64,000 bases of DNA from Spirochaetia bacterium. GTDB taxonomy: Bacteria > Spirochaetota > Spirochaetia > SZUA-6 > Bin103. The position numbers and the translations under genes are program-made. Of the stretch, positions 55,564 to 64,000 are shown in pieces. The first letter of the stretch is position 1. Each line of letters starts with the position of its first letter. The stretch lies in NCBI GenBank assembly GCA_965203515.1, contig OZ241907.1, forward strand, positions 2,976,001 through 3,040,000. The letters are read 5' to 3'. The notes under the pieces are model-generated. The model worked only from the letters and a program-made list of their open reading frames with translations, had not been told where the DNA came from and did no database searches.

Positions 55564-58500
55564 GGGGTCACCTCCTCCCGGTCGTAGCGCTCCCTGGCGT
55601 CTTCGACGTAGTCCAGGAAGCGCTGGCCGGTTTCGAAGCGCAGGCGCTTGGCGTCGACCGCCACCTCGCCGGCGGCGACCAGCGGGCGCAACGCTTCGAT
55701 GACGCGCTCCAGCTCGTCGCCGGTGAGCTCGATGTCGTCGGAGAGACTCAGCTCGCTCCAGGTCTGCGCCGCCCCGGTCCGGGCGCCGCCGGTCTGGATG
55801 GAGACGCGCAAGCCGCCGGCGCGCGCGGCGTGGCGCCGCAGGCGGGCGATGAAGTCGTAGGTCGCGCGGGTGGCGGCGCACTCCAGGCGCGCCGCCGGCG
55901 TCCACGTCGCCGGGGCGGCCCGTTCGATCGGTCTGCTGACCGGCGCTTCGGCGACGTCGCGCCGGTGCAGGTCGGAGACGATGCCGTGCCTGGCGGCCAC
56001 GGCCAGCACCAGCCGGCTGCCGGCGGGCACCGCGAACGGCTCATCGTAGACACCGCCGGCGACGTTGGGATCGGACCCGTCGGTGGTGTAGCGGATCGGC
56101 GCCGGCGGGGCGGCGCGCAGCTCGACCATCCTGCCGCCGCCGGCGTCGTATTGGCGGGACTGCAGCGTGATGCGGTTGATCCACTCCACCGCCTCGCCGG
56201 TTTCGTGCTGCCCGGTCGAGTCGACCGCCAGCAGGGAGACGCGCAGGTCGGCCGTCTCGAAATCCTGCTGCGGGTCGAGCCGGCGGGACGCCGGGGTAGC
56301 GGCGGCGCCGACTTCGGCGTACAGCTCGTCACCGTTGACCGGGCGCAGGCGCAGCTTGGCCACGCCGGTATCGTCGTCGCGGTCCAGTTCCTGCACCCGC
56401 ACCGTGGTCGCCGGCTTGGGGAAGGGGCCTTTGTTGACGTAGCTCCCCTCCTCGCGCCACAGGTCCTTGTGCAGGCAGTCCGCCTTCAGCCGGTCCAGCG
56501 CGTCGGGCCGGTGCCACTGCCACCCCGGCGCCGTCGCGGCGCGCCGCCTGATCTCCGCCCACGGCAGCGACTGCTGCGTGAACAGGAGCGCCTCCACCTT
56601 CCGGCGGAAGGTGTCGCCGGCGACGTCGGTGGTGTACTTGTGCCTGCCGGCCAGCGCCTCCCGCACCTGTTCCTCGCCGTCGTAGCGGTTGCCGCGGAAC
56701 TCCATCATGAAGTCGACCCGGGCCAGCCGGTCGCGCGTCGGGTAGTAGAGCGTGGTGAACGTCTCCCGGATGGCGCTGTGGAACCGCGCCAGAAACCGCG
56801 GCAGGAGCTGATCCCGCGCCTGTTGCATCTGCGTATCGCCGTCGGCCACTCCCTCTTCGTGCATCTCCTCGATGATCTGGTTGACGGCCTTGAGTTCGCG
56901 CGCGCTTTCGAGCAGCGCGTCGAACGCCCGCTCGCCGGTCAGGAAGCAGAGCCGGTTGCGGAAGGTGTGCTGGTCGTAGAGGGTGCGCAGGTCGGGATGC
57001 AGGCCCGCCGGGTGCGGCTCGGCCACGACCAGCGTGACCTGCTCGGCGCCGGCGTCGATCTGGTCGACGGCGGGCAGCGGCATGAGGCGCTGATAGCAGG
57101 CGCCGTCGTCGGGACGAAATATCTCCGTGAGCCGCGCCTCCACCTCGCGGGTGGCCTGGTCGCGCAGGTAGGCGCGGGCGGTGGTGCTGACGCGGGCGTT
57201 CAGGTTCTGGACGTTGCGCAGGTGCAGGCGGCCGTCGTTGGTGCCGTGCAGATACCAGGCGGCGGTGGTCAGGCGCGCGATCACCTCGTTCTTGAGGCGC
57301 GATACGTCGCGTCCGGGCGCGCACAGGTAGGCGACGATCTCGGGCACGGCAAGGCCCTTGACCGCGTTCGGCACGTTGGCGAGCGAGGCGATCAGCAGCA
57401 GCCGCATCACGTCCTGGGCGTCCCGGCCGCCGCCCAGGTTGGCGTCCAGCCGCTCCGCCACCGAGGCGCCGCCGGAGGCGATGTCGTGCGCGATGGCGTT
57501 GCCGAGGGTGTTGTTGATCTGATTGATCTCGGTGAGCGTCTCGCGGCTGCTCAGGTCGAGGTGATGGGCGGCGATCAGGCGGGGGGCGCGATCAGCCGGG
57601 GCGCGGTCATCCGCCCAGATGCGCGCCACGACGATGCGCATCAGGCGGATCAGGCCGCGGGTCTGCTGGAAGCCCTGGTTCTCCCGGAAGCGGGCGTAGA
57701 GGTCGCGGATCGCCGGATGGAACGGGTAGGACTCCTTGACCCCGGCGGCGAACTGCTCGGGCGAGGCGTTGGTGACGTCCATCTGCTTCGCCTCCCGCAC
57801 CGCCGCGCCGTAGGCCTGCGCCACGGCGGCGATCGCGGCGTCGTCCGGCAGCCGCTCGAACAGGCGGCGGCGCAGGATGTGGTAGAACTCGTCGCTGTTC
57901 ATCCGCACCGGCTCCAGGTTCATCGCGCTACGCCCGGTCTCCGCCTCCAGATCGTTGAGCGCGGTGACGATCTGCGCGCCGCCGGCGCCGTAGGTCGCGG
58001 TGAGGTCGGAGATCACCACGCAGACGTTGCGCAACTCGTCGCGGCCCACGGCGACCAGCAGGTTGGAGAGCGCCGTGGTGGTGACCGCGGACAGATCGGA
58101 GTTGCCGATGCTCCTGGCCGCCGCGTTGACGAAGTAGGGCGGCAGCTCGTCGAGCATGATGAGCAGGGGAGCGCCCTGCAGCAGGTTGACCCAGGCGCTC
58201 TGACCGGGAGCGGACAGGGGCGCGTAGTAGTCGTTGAACCGCTCCCGTTGGCCGAGCTGCTCGGCGATGGCGCCCCAGACGCCGAGCGGCGCGTCGCTCT
58301 CGCGGCCCGAGAAGGCGACCACGCGCACCGGCCCGAGCGCGGCGTCCGGCGGGTAGAAGCCGCCCATCACCTCGGCCCGATACTGCGGATGCCGGGCCAG
58401 CAGTCCGAAGGCCAGCAGGTTGTGCGTCTTGCCGCCGCCCATCGCCTGGGTGAGCTTGAACACCCCCTGGGCCGACTTCCCCTCCAGCCGGCGGAAGCCC

Positions 58501-58706
58501 TCCGTGAGCAGCGTGCGCATGCCCTCGGTGAGGTAGTTCTCGGCAAAGAACTCGCCCGGATCGATGCGCCCGTCGATCAGATCGGTCAGGTCGAGCACCG
58601 TGTCGCGCCGGCTCGGATCGAAGACGCCGGGCCGGGGCATGCACGCCTCCCTGACGGTCTGCGGCCTGACTGCGTCCTGCTTACCCACCGCCGCCATATT
58701 GACCAC
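55560..58706 (-). CDS. DUF499 AAA+ ATPase with C-terminal FN3-associated domain
   Basis: QAMGGGKTH, MLDELPPY, SYPFHP, FQQTRGLIRL, IRYTTDGSDP. Confidence 0.92.
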   Translation of the reverse strand: MVNMAAVGKQDAVRPQTVREACMPRPGVFDPSRRDTVLDLTDLIDGRIDPGEFFAENYLTEGMRTLLTEGFRRLEGKSAQGVFKLTQAMGGGKTHNLLAFGLLARHPQYRAEVMGGFYPPDAALGPVRVVAFSGRESDAPLGVWGAIAEQLGQRERFNDYYAPLSAPGQSAWVNLLQGAPLLIMLDELPPYFVNAAARSIGNSDLSAVTTTALSNLLVAVGRDELRNVCVVISDLTATYGAGGAQIVTALNDLEAETGRSAMNLEPVRMNSDEFYHILRRRLFERLPDDAAIAAVAQAYGAAVREAKQMDVTNASPEQFAAGVKESYPFHPAIRDLYARFRENQGFQQTRGLIRLMRIVVARIWADDRAPADRAPRLIAAHHLDLSSRETLTEINQINNTLGNAIAHDIASGGASVAERLDANLGGGRDAQDVMRLLLIASLANVPNAVKGLAVPEIVAYLCAPGRDVSRLKNEVIARLTTAAWYLHGTNDGRLHLRNVQNLNARVSTTARAYLRDQATREVEARLTEIFRPDDGACYQRLMPLPAVDQIDAGAEQVTLVVAEPHPAGLHPDLRTLYDQHTFRNRLCFLTGERAFDALLESARELKAVNQIIEEMHEEGVADGDTQMQQARDQLLPRFLARFHSAIRETFTTLYYPTRDRLARVDFMMEFRGNRYDGEEQVREALAGRHKYTTDVAGDTFRRKVEALLFTQQSLPWAEIRRRAATAPGWQWHRPDALDRLKADCLHKDLWREEGSYVNKGPFPKPATTVRVQELDRDDDTGVAKLRLRPVNGDELYAEVGAAATPASRRLDPQQDFETADLRVSLLAVDSTGQHETGEAVEWINRITLQSRQYDAGGGRMVELRAAPPAPIRYTTDGSDPNVAGGVYDEPFAVPAGSRLVLAVAARHGIVSDLHRRDVAEAPVSRPIERAAPATWTPAARLECAATRATYDFIARLRRHAARAGGLRVSIQTGGARTGAAQTWSELSLSDDIELTGDELERVIEALRPLVAAGEVAVDAKRLRFETGQRFLDYVEDARERYDREEVTP

Positions 58707-58797
58707 CGCAGCGCGCCCGCCGTCAAGCGACCCGATGGCGCCCCGGTCTCATACGGGCGAGCCGATCTGATATGCTTTCTGGAGGGAGTAACGAGCC

Positions 58798-59028
58798 GTG
58801 AGCCACCAGATTACCGCACGGTTGCCGGACGACCTTGTGGGGGAGTTGGATGCTGCCGCCAGGGAACTCAACCGAAGCCGAACCGATCTTGTTCGGCAGG
58901 CGATAGAGCTATACCTGGAGGACTTTGACGATCTCACGGTAGCCCTGGAGCGGTTGCGCGATCCTGCCGATTCCGTATTGGACTGGAATGACGTCAGGCG
59001 CGACGTACTCGGTCCGGACGTACATTAG
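58798..59028 (+). CDS. Ribbon-helix-helix (CopG/RelB-like) antitoxin
   Basis: QITARLP...LD...RSRTDLVRQAIELYLEDFDD...LDWNDV; SD GGAG upstream. Confidence 0.85.
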   Translation: MSHQITARLPDDLVGELDAAARELNRSRTDLVRQAIELYLEDFDDLTVALERLRDPADSVLDWNDVRRDVLGPDVH

Positions 59029-59033
59029 TGTCT

Positions 59034-59336
59034 ATGAAGTCGATACGGGTCATGTTCGACGAGGCGCTGCTGGCGCGGCTCGACGCGTCGGAGGAGGTGC
59101 GCCGAGAGGGGCGGTCGGCAGTGCTGCGGCGGGCTGCGGCGGAGTTTCTGCAACGCCGGCAGCGGGAGATGATCGACGAGCAGTACCGCAAGGCATATGC
59201 GGCCGCGCCCGACGGCGGCGAGGAACTGGCCGGCTGGGGCGAAGAAGGCTCCTGCTTTGCTCCCGCGCGCTACCGGCTGCGACTGAGATCGGACTCGGAG
59301 TGGTTGGCGTTGGACGCTCGCAGGCGCGTGTGGTAG
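59034..59336 (+). CDS. Ribbon-helix-helix (MazE/NdoAI-like) antitoxin, C-terminus probably aberrant
   Basis: MKSIRVMFDEALLARLD...GRSAVLRRAAAEFL...IDEQYRKAY. Confidence 0.75.
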   Translation: MKSIRVMFDEALLARLDASEEVRREGRSAVLRRAAAEFLQRRQREMIDEQYRKAYAAAPDGGEELAGWGEEGSCFAPARYRLRLRSDSEWLALDARRRVW

Positions 59337-59366
59337 AATGTTGGCGTGTCCGCAGCCGCTACGATG

Positions 59367-59382
59367 CCCCCCCCCCCCCCCC
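59367..59382. repeat. C16 homopolymer
   Basis: 16 consecutive C bases. Confidence 0.9.
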
Positions 59383-59556
59383 GCAGACGCGGCATCCCAT
59401 TCTCCATTCTGAGCGACGAGTGCGACCGGCCGGCTCCGACAGGGGTTGGGCGAATGGTCCTCTTCGGGAGCGCGCACCATAGCGCACGGACAATCGTTGC
59501 GGCAACCGACCCAGCCGACGCGCGTAATGGCGGACTGACACGGCCGCCGGAGGAAG

Positions 59557-61767
59557 ATGAAGATCATGGGTAAGTCAAGCATCGCATCGCTGCTATCGCT
59601 GTTGATGGCCGCCGGCATCGTCCTGCTGGCGTGCGAGCAGGCGGCCCGGCCGGCGGCAACGACCGGCGCGGGCGCCGGGAACGGCGGCGGCAACGGCGGC
59701 GACGGGTCACCGACCGCGCCGGCACCGGCTCCGCAGCAGGCCGAGCAGAGCTGGTCGATCGGCGAGGATGCCTTCGATGACGAGGCGAACCTGGGCGCCA
59801 CCACGGTCCGCTCCGCGCCGTTTGCGTGGGAGGGGATCACCGGCGCCGAGGGCGAGAAGGTGACCGTGTCGATCGGCGGCCACGAGCTGCCGTTCACGAG
59901 CAAGGCGACCGCGCCGGTCTTCGAGGACGACATCAGCGGCGCGGAGTGGTCGGTTGCCGCCGAAGTGAGCGCGGGCTCGATCGTGCTCGTGCTCACCGCC
60001 CCGGATCAGTCGGGAGACACCGACTTCGTCGAGTCGGTCAGGATTACGAACCCGGGCAGCGGCTACACCTCGCCCCCTACCATCTCATTCTCGGCAGCGC
60101 CGTCCGGCGGTACCACGGCCACCGGCGACGCCGTGGCAAGCGGGCGCGTCGATTCCGTGTCGGTTTCGACCCCCGGCAGCGGCTACTCCTCGATCCCGAC
60201 CGTGACCTTTTCGGCGGCGCCGGCCGGCGGCACCACGGCTGCCGCCACCGCAGACGCCAGCGGGAGCGTCGCTTCGGTGGACGTCACCACCCCCGGCAGC
60301 GGCTACTCCTCGGCCCCCAGCGTGGCCTTCTCGGCAGCTCCGGCCGGCGGCACCACGGCTACCGCCACCTCGGTGCGCAGCGGGAGCGTCGCTTCGGTAT
60401 CGGTCACCACCCCCGGCAGCGGCTACTCCTCGGCTCCCACCGTGACCTTCTCGGCGGCGCCGTCCGGCGGCACCACGGCTGCCGCCACCGCGACGAGAGA
60501 CGGGCGCGTCGATTCGGTGTCGGTCCACACCTTCGGCAGCGGCTACTCGTCTCCCCCCACCGTGTCCTTTTCGGGCGGCGGCGGCAGCGGGGCAACCGCC
60601 ACCGCGCAGGGCCCCGGGAGCGTCGCTGCGGTGTCGATGACGAACAACGGCAGCAGCTACACCTCGGTCCCCAGCGTGACCTTCTCGGCAGCGCCGTCCG
60701 GCGGCACCACGGCCACCGGCACCGCGTGGGGGCCCGACGCCGTCGCTGAGACGACGGTCACGAACGCCGGGAGCGGCTACACGTCGACCCCGACGGTGAC
60801 GTTTTCGGCGCCGCCGTCCGGCGGCACCAGGGCCACCGGCGCGGGTCAGAGGCTTGGCGACCTCACGTTCTCCCGCGTGTTGATATGGACCCGGGGACGC
60901 GGCTACACGTCGGCCCCCAGCGTTACCATTTCCGGCGGCGGCGGCAGCGGGGCAACCGTCACTGCGACGCTGTACACCAACATTCAAGGAGTCGATTTCA
61001 CGAACCGCGGGAGCGGCTACACGTCGGCGCCCACCGTCTCCTTCTCCGGCGGCGGCGGTTCCGGGGCAGCCGGCACGGCATCGCTGGAAGCCAGAGTTCA
61101 AACAGTCGACGTCACGAACGGAGGGAACGGCTATACGTCGGCCCCTACCGTCGCCTTTTCCGGCGGCGGCGGCTCCGGGGCAGGCGGCACCGCGGCGTTG
61201 GCATACGGGGTAGGGTCGTTGGTGACGATCACGAACCCGGGGAGCGGCTACACCTCCGCCCCCACCGTCTCCTTTTCGGCGCCGGCGTCCGGCACCACGG
61301 CCGCCGGCACCGCGGTCATGGCATACGGGGTAGGAGAGGTGTCGATCACGGACGGTGGGAGCGGCTATACCTCCGCCCCCACCGTCACCTTTTCGGGCGG
61401 CGGCGGCTCCGGGGCAGACGGCAGCGCGGTCATGAGCTACGCGGTAGGATCGGCGTCGGTCACGAGCGCCGGGGACGGCTATACGGCGGCGCCCACCGTC
61501 TCCTTTTCGGCCGCGCCGTCCGGCGGTACCACGGCCGCCGGCAGCGCGGTCATGGACTACCGGGTACGGTCGGTGCGGGTCACGAACCGGGGGGACGGCT
61601 ACGCGTCGGCGCCCACCGTGACCTTTTCGGCGGCGCCGTCCGGCGGCACCACCGCGACCGGCACCGCAACCCTGGCGACCGGCGGCAACGATCAGAGCCA
61701 GAACCTGTTTTGGGCGCGCCGGACGCTGTCCGGCAAGCAACTTCGGGTGCAGGTAGCGGGAGAGTGA
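59557..61767 (+). CDS. Putative lipoprotein with 14 tandem ~38-40 aa GSGYTSAPTVTFS repeats
   Basis: Signal peptide ending LLA-C, SD GGAGG, repeats at about 60030-61680. Confidence 0.85.
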   Translation: MKIMGKSSIASLLSLLMAAGIVLLACEQAARPAATTGAGAGNGGGNGGDGSPTAPAPAPQQAEQSWSIGEDAFDDEANLGATTVRSAPFAWEGITGAEGEKVTVSIGGHELPFTSKATAPVFEDDISGAEWSVAAEVSAGSIVLVLTAPDQSGDTDFVESVRITNPGSGYTSPPTISFSAAPSGGTTATGDAVASGRVDSVSVSTPGSGYSSIPTVTFSAAPAGGTTAAATADASGSVASVDVTTPGSGYSSAPSVAFSAAPAGGTTATATSVRSGSVASVSVTTPGSGYSSAPTVTFSAAPSGGTTAAATATRDGRVDSVSVHTFGSGYSSPPTVSFSGGGGSGATATAQGPGSVAAVSMTNNGSSYTSVPSVTFSAAPSGGTTATGTAWGPDAVAETTVTNAGSGYTSTPTVTFSAPPSGGTRATGAGQRLGDLTFSRVLIWTRGRGYTSAPSVTISGGGGSGATVTATLYTNIQGVDFTNRGSGYTSAPTVSFSGGGGSGAAGTASLEARVQTVDVTNGGNGYTSAPTVAFSGGGGSGAGGTAALAYGVGSLVTITNPGSGYTSAPTVSFSAPASGTTAAGTAVMAYGVGEVSITDGGSGYTSAPTVTFSGGGGSGADGSAVMSYAVGSASVTSAGDGYTAAPTVSFSAAPSGGTTAAGSAVMDYRVRSVRVTNRGDGYASAPTVTFSAAPSGGTTATGTATLATGGNDQSQNLFWARRTLSGKQLRVQVAGE

Positions 61768-61847
61768 CGATCGCCCCTCACCCTCCCCTTTGACATTGCC
61801 GGCGCCGCCGGGCTGCCGGCCGAGGACAGGCGCGCCTGTGATAGAGT

Positions 61848-63695
61848 GTGCGCGTGTCCGCGCCCGCGCTGCCTGCTGATCCCGCGCCGTTCCCGGCGAT
61901 CCCCTACGGGCGCGGCAACTTCCGCAGCATCCGCCTCGACCGCTGCCTCTACGTAGACAAGACCCGCTTCATCCGCGCCCTGGAGCAGGAGCGCTATGCG
62001 TTCTTCATCCGCCCGCGGCGCTTCGGCAAGACCCTGTGGCTTACCATGCTCAACGCCTACTACAACCGCTCCCAGGCCAAGGACTACGACGCGGTCTTCG
62101 CCGGCACCGACATCGGCCGCCGGCCGACCGCCAACCGGAGCCGCTACGTGGTGCTCTACTTCGACTTCTCGGCCTTCAAACAGGCGCTGCCCACGTTGGA
62201 GGAGTACTTCGACGAGTACTGCAGCCGTCATCTGCGGCACGCGCTGCGCCGCAACCGCGATCTGATCGACGAGGAGACGGCGCGCGTCATCCTCGGGCAG
62301 CGGTCGTTCAGCGGCCAACTCGACGAATTGCTCCTGCATGCGAGCGACCGCGGCATCCCGCTCTACGTGCTGATCGATGAGTACGACAACTTCGCCAATA
62401 CCATCCTGGCCGAGCAGGGCGCCGAAGCCTACCACGCCTTCACCCACGGCGGCGGCTTCTACCGCAACTTCTTCGCCATGCTCAAGGCCGGCACCGCCGA
62501 GTCCGGCTGCATCGAACGCCTGTTCGTCACCGGCGTCTCCCCGGTCACCATGGACGACGTCACCAGCGGCTTCAACATCGGTGCCAACCTCAGCCTCCGC
62601 CCCGAATTCAACGAACTGCTCGGCTTCACCGAGCACGAAGTGCGGGACATGCTGCAGACCTACCGGGACCTCGGCGTCTTCGACCAGGACCCCGCCGCCG
62701 CCCTCGACACGATGCGCGAGTGGTACGACGGCTACCGCTTCGCCGCCGCCGCCCCCAACGTCGTCTACAACACCGACATGGTGCTCTACTACCTGTCGTA
62801 CTCACTGCCCAACAAGCCCGGCCCCGACAACCTGATCGACGCCAACGTGCGCATCGACTACGGCAAGCTGCGCCATCTGCTCACCGTCGGCCGCCAGCTC
62901 AACGGCAACTTCGACCTGCTGCGCGAGGTGATCGCCGAAGGGCGCGCCGACTGCGAGATCGTGGACAGCTTCCCGCTGGCGCGCCTCGCCGAGCGGGAGA
63001 ACTTCCTGTCGCTGCTCCACTACTTCGGCCTGCTGAGCATCCGCGGCGCGACCGCCGGGACGCCGCGGCTCGGCATCCCGAACCAGACGGTGCGGCGGCT
63101 GATGTACGGCTACCTGCGCGACGCCTACCGGGACGTGGGCGTGTTCTCGCTCGATCTGGTGACGTTCGACCGGCTGACGCGGCGCATGGCGCTGGAGGGA
63201 GAGTGGCGCCCGGCGCTGGAGCGGCTGAGCGCGGCGGTGGTCGAGCAGACCGGCGTGCGCGACTACCTGCAGGGCGAGAAGATGGTGCAGGGGTTCGTGG
63301 CCGCCTACCTGAGCATCTCCCCCTACTTCGTGCTGCACACCGAGCTGGAGTTGGCCAAGGGCTACGCCGACCTGGTGCTGGAACCGCGCGCGCTGCGCTA
63401 TCCGGGCCGGCGCTACGGCTACGTGATCGAGCTGAAGTACCTGCCCCGCAGCGCAACGCAGGCGCAGGTAGCGGCGCAGGCCGCCGCGGCGGAGGCGCAG
63501 GCGCGCCGCTATCTGGCTGACGGGCGGCTGGCGCGCCGGCACCCGGAGGCGGCGTTCAAGGGGCTGGCGCTGGTGTTCCGCGGCTGGGAACTGGTGCATG
63601 ACGCAGAGGTGCGCGGCGCAGAGTCGGCCCCGGCCGGCGCGGAGGTCCCGGCCGGCGCAGAGGTCCCGGCCGACGACGGTCCGGCGCGGCGGTGA
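61848..63695 (+). CDS. AAA-ATPase-like + PDDEXK_9 nuclease protein
   Basis: YVDKT, RPRRFGKT, LIDEYD, FVTGV, WYDGY, IPN, GYADL...IELKY. Confidence 0.92.
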   Translation: MRVSAPALPADPAPFPAIPYGRGNFRSIRLDRCLYVDKTRFIRALEQERYAFFIRPRRFGKTLWLTMLNAYYNRSQAKDYDAVFAGTDIGRRPTANRSRYVVLYFDFSAFKQALPTLEEYFDEYCSRHLRHALRRNRDLIDEETARVILGQRSFSGQLDELLLHASDRGIPLYVLIDEYDNFANTILAEQGAEAYHAFTHGGGFYRNFFAMLKAGTAESGCIERLFVTGVSPVTMDDVTSGFNIGANLSLRPEFNELLGFTEHEVRDMLQTYRDLGVFDQDPAAALDTMREWYDGYRFAAAAPNVVYNTDMVLYYLSYSLPNKPGPDNLIDANVRIDYGKLRHLLTVGRQLNGNFDLLREVIAEGRADCEIVDSFPLARLAERENFLSLLHYFGLLSIRGATAGTPRLGIPNQTVRRLMYGYLRDAYRDVGVFSLDLVTFDRLTRRMALEGEWRPALERLSAAVVEQTGVRDYLQGEKMVQGFVAAYLSISPYFVLHTELELAKGYADLVLEPRALRYPGRRYGYVIELKYLPRSATQAQVAAQAAAAEAQARRYLADGRLARRHPEAAFKGLALVFRGWELVHDAEVRGAESAPAGAEVPAGAEVPADDGPARR

Positions 63696-63699
63696 CCGC

Positions 63700-64000
63700 A
63701 TGGCTCGTGCGTCCGCATCGGTGACCGCTCCCTCTGATCCCACGCCGTTCCCGGCGATCCCCTACGGGCTGGCCTATTTCAAGGGCATCCGCCGGGAAGG
63801 CTGCCTGTACGTCGACAAGACGCGCTTCCTGCGCGCTCTGGAACAGGAGCGGTTCGTGTTCTTCATCCGCCCGCGGCGCTTCGGCAAGACCTGCTGGCTG
63901 TCGCTGCTGGAGAGCTATTATTCCCGCACCGAGGCCGACGACTTCGCGGCGGTGTTCGGCGGCACCGACGTCGGCCGCGCTCCCACTCCCAACCGCAGCC
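63700..64000 (+). CDS. Second AAA-ATPase-like (PDDEXK_9-associated) paralog, runs off the window
   Basis: FPAIPYG...YVDKTRF...FIRPRRFGKT; open to the window end and similar to the 61848 gene. Confidence 0.9.
   Translation, partial: MARASASVTAPSDPTPFPAIPYGLAYFKGIRREGCLYVDKTRFLRALEQERFVFFIRPRRFGKTCWLSLLESYYSRTEADDFAAVFGGTDVGRAPTPNRS

Noticed and set aside
45353..58706. Calling the locus BREX or DISARM
   Set aside because: No PglZ, BrxL, DrmA or DrmB genes are seen; the content fits the DUF499/DUF3780/DUF1156 restriction-like system.
48715..58928. Very long plus-strand ORFs (1071, 717 and 1125 aa) and similar antisense ORFs elsewhere
   Set aside because: They are shadow ORFs opposite well-supported genes, expected in very GC-rich DNA, and carry no motifs.
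60030..61680. ~120-bp periodic repeats as a CRISPR array or DGR template/variable repeats
   Set aside because: They are in-frame coding repeats with synonymous variation; no cas or reverse transcriptase gene is present and there is no adenine-specific pattern.

Overview
High-GC bacterial DNA. fabV, a Na+-pumping decarboxylase and expanded AAA/PD-(D/E)XK families loosely suggest a host-associated Spirochaetota-like genome; this is a guess. Family calls come from motifs recognised by eye, and Pfam numbers are from memory; no HMM search was run. (1) 1-12.3 kb: an IS-scarred, visibly lower-GC defence island. It holds an IS3 end, a tandem PGDYG-like ORF, and a divergent TIR + SLATT/DUF4231 pair (TIR frameshifted, SLATT split in frame by a complete IS21). 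It also holds the best candidate for a new system: an intact seven-gene operon, TIR-TIR / SLOG / TIR / Nmad2 / MazG / UDG-like / dTMP-kinase-like, behind a near-consensus sigma70 promoter. (2) 12.3-39.9 kb: mostly housekeeping genes (IMPase/HisN, fabV, TrmH, RecQ, ABC transporters, HEPN-MNT, methylmalonyl-CoA decarboxylase, sulfatase/flippase, nadACB). (3) 40-64 kb: a second defence-rich region. It holds AAA_14-DUF4143 with a palindromic operator, a 1350-aa NACHT-like ATPase-nuclease, and a DUF499-DUF3780-DUF1156-PLD/SNF2 restriction-like system with an extra MTase + nuclease pair nested inside. Two orphan RHH antitoxins, a C16 tract, a 14-repeat lipoprotein and tandem AAA-PDDEXK_9 genes follow. 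No CRISPR array, rRNA or tRNA was seen.
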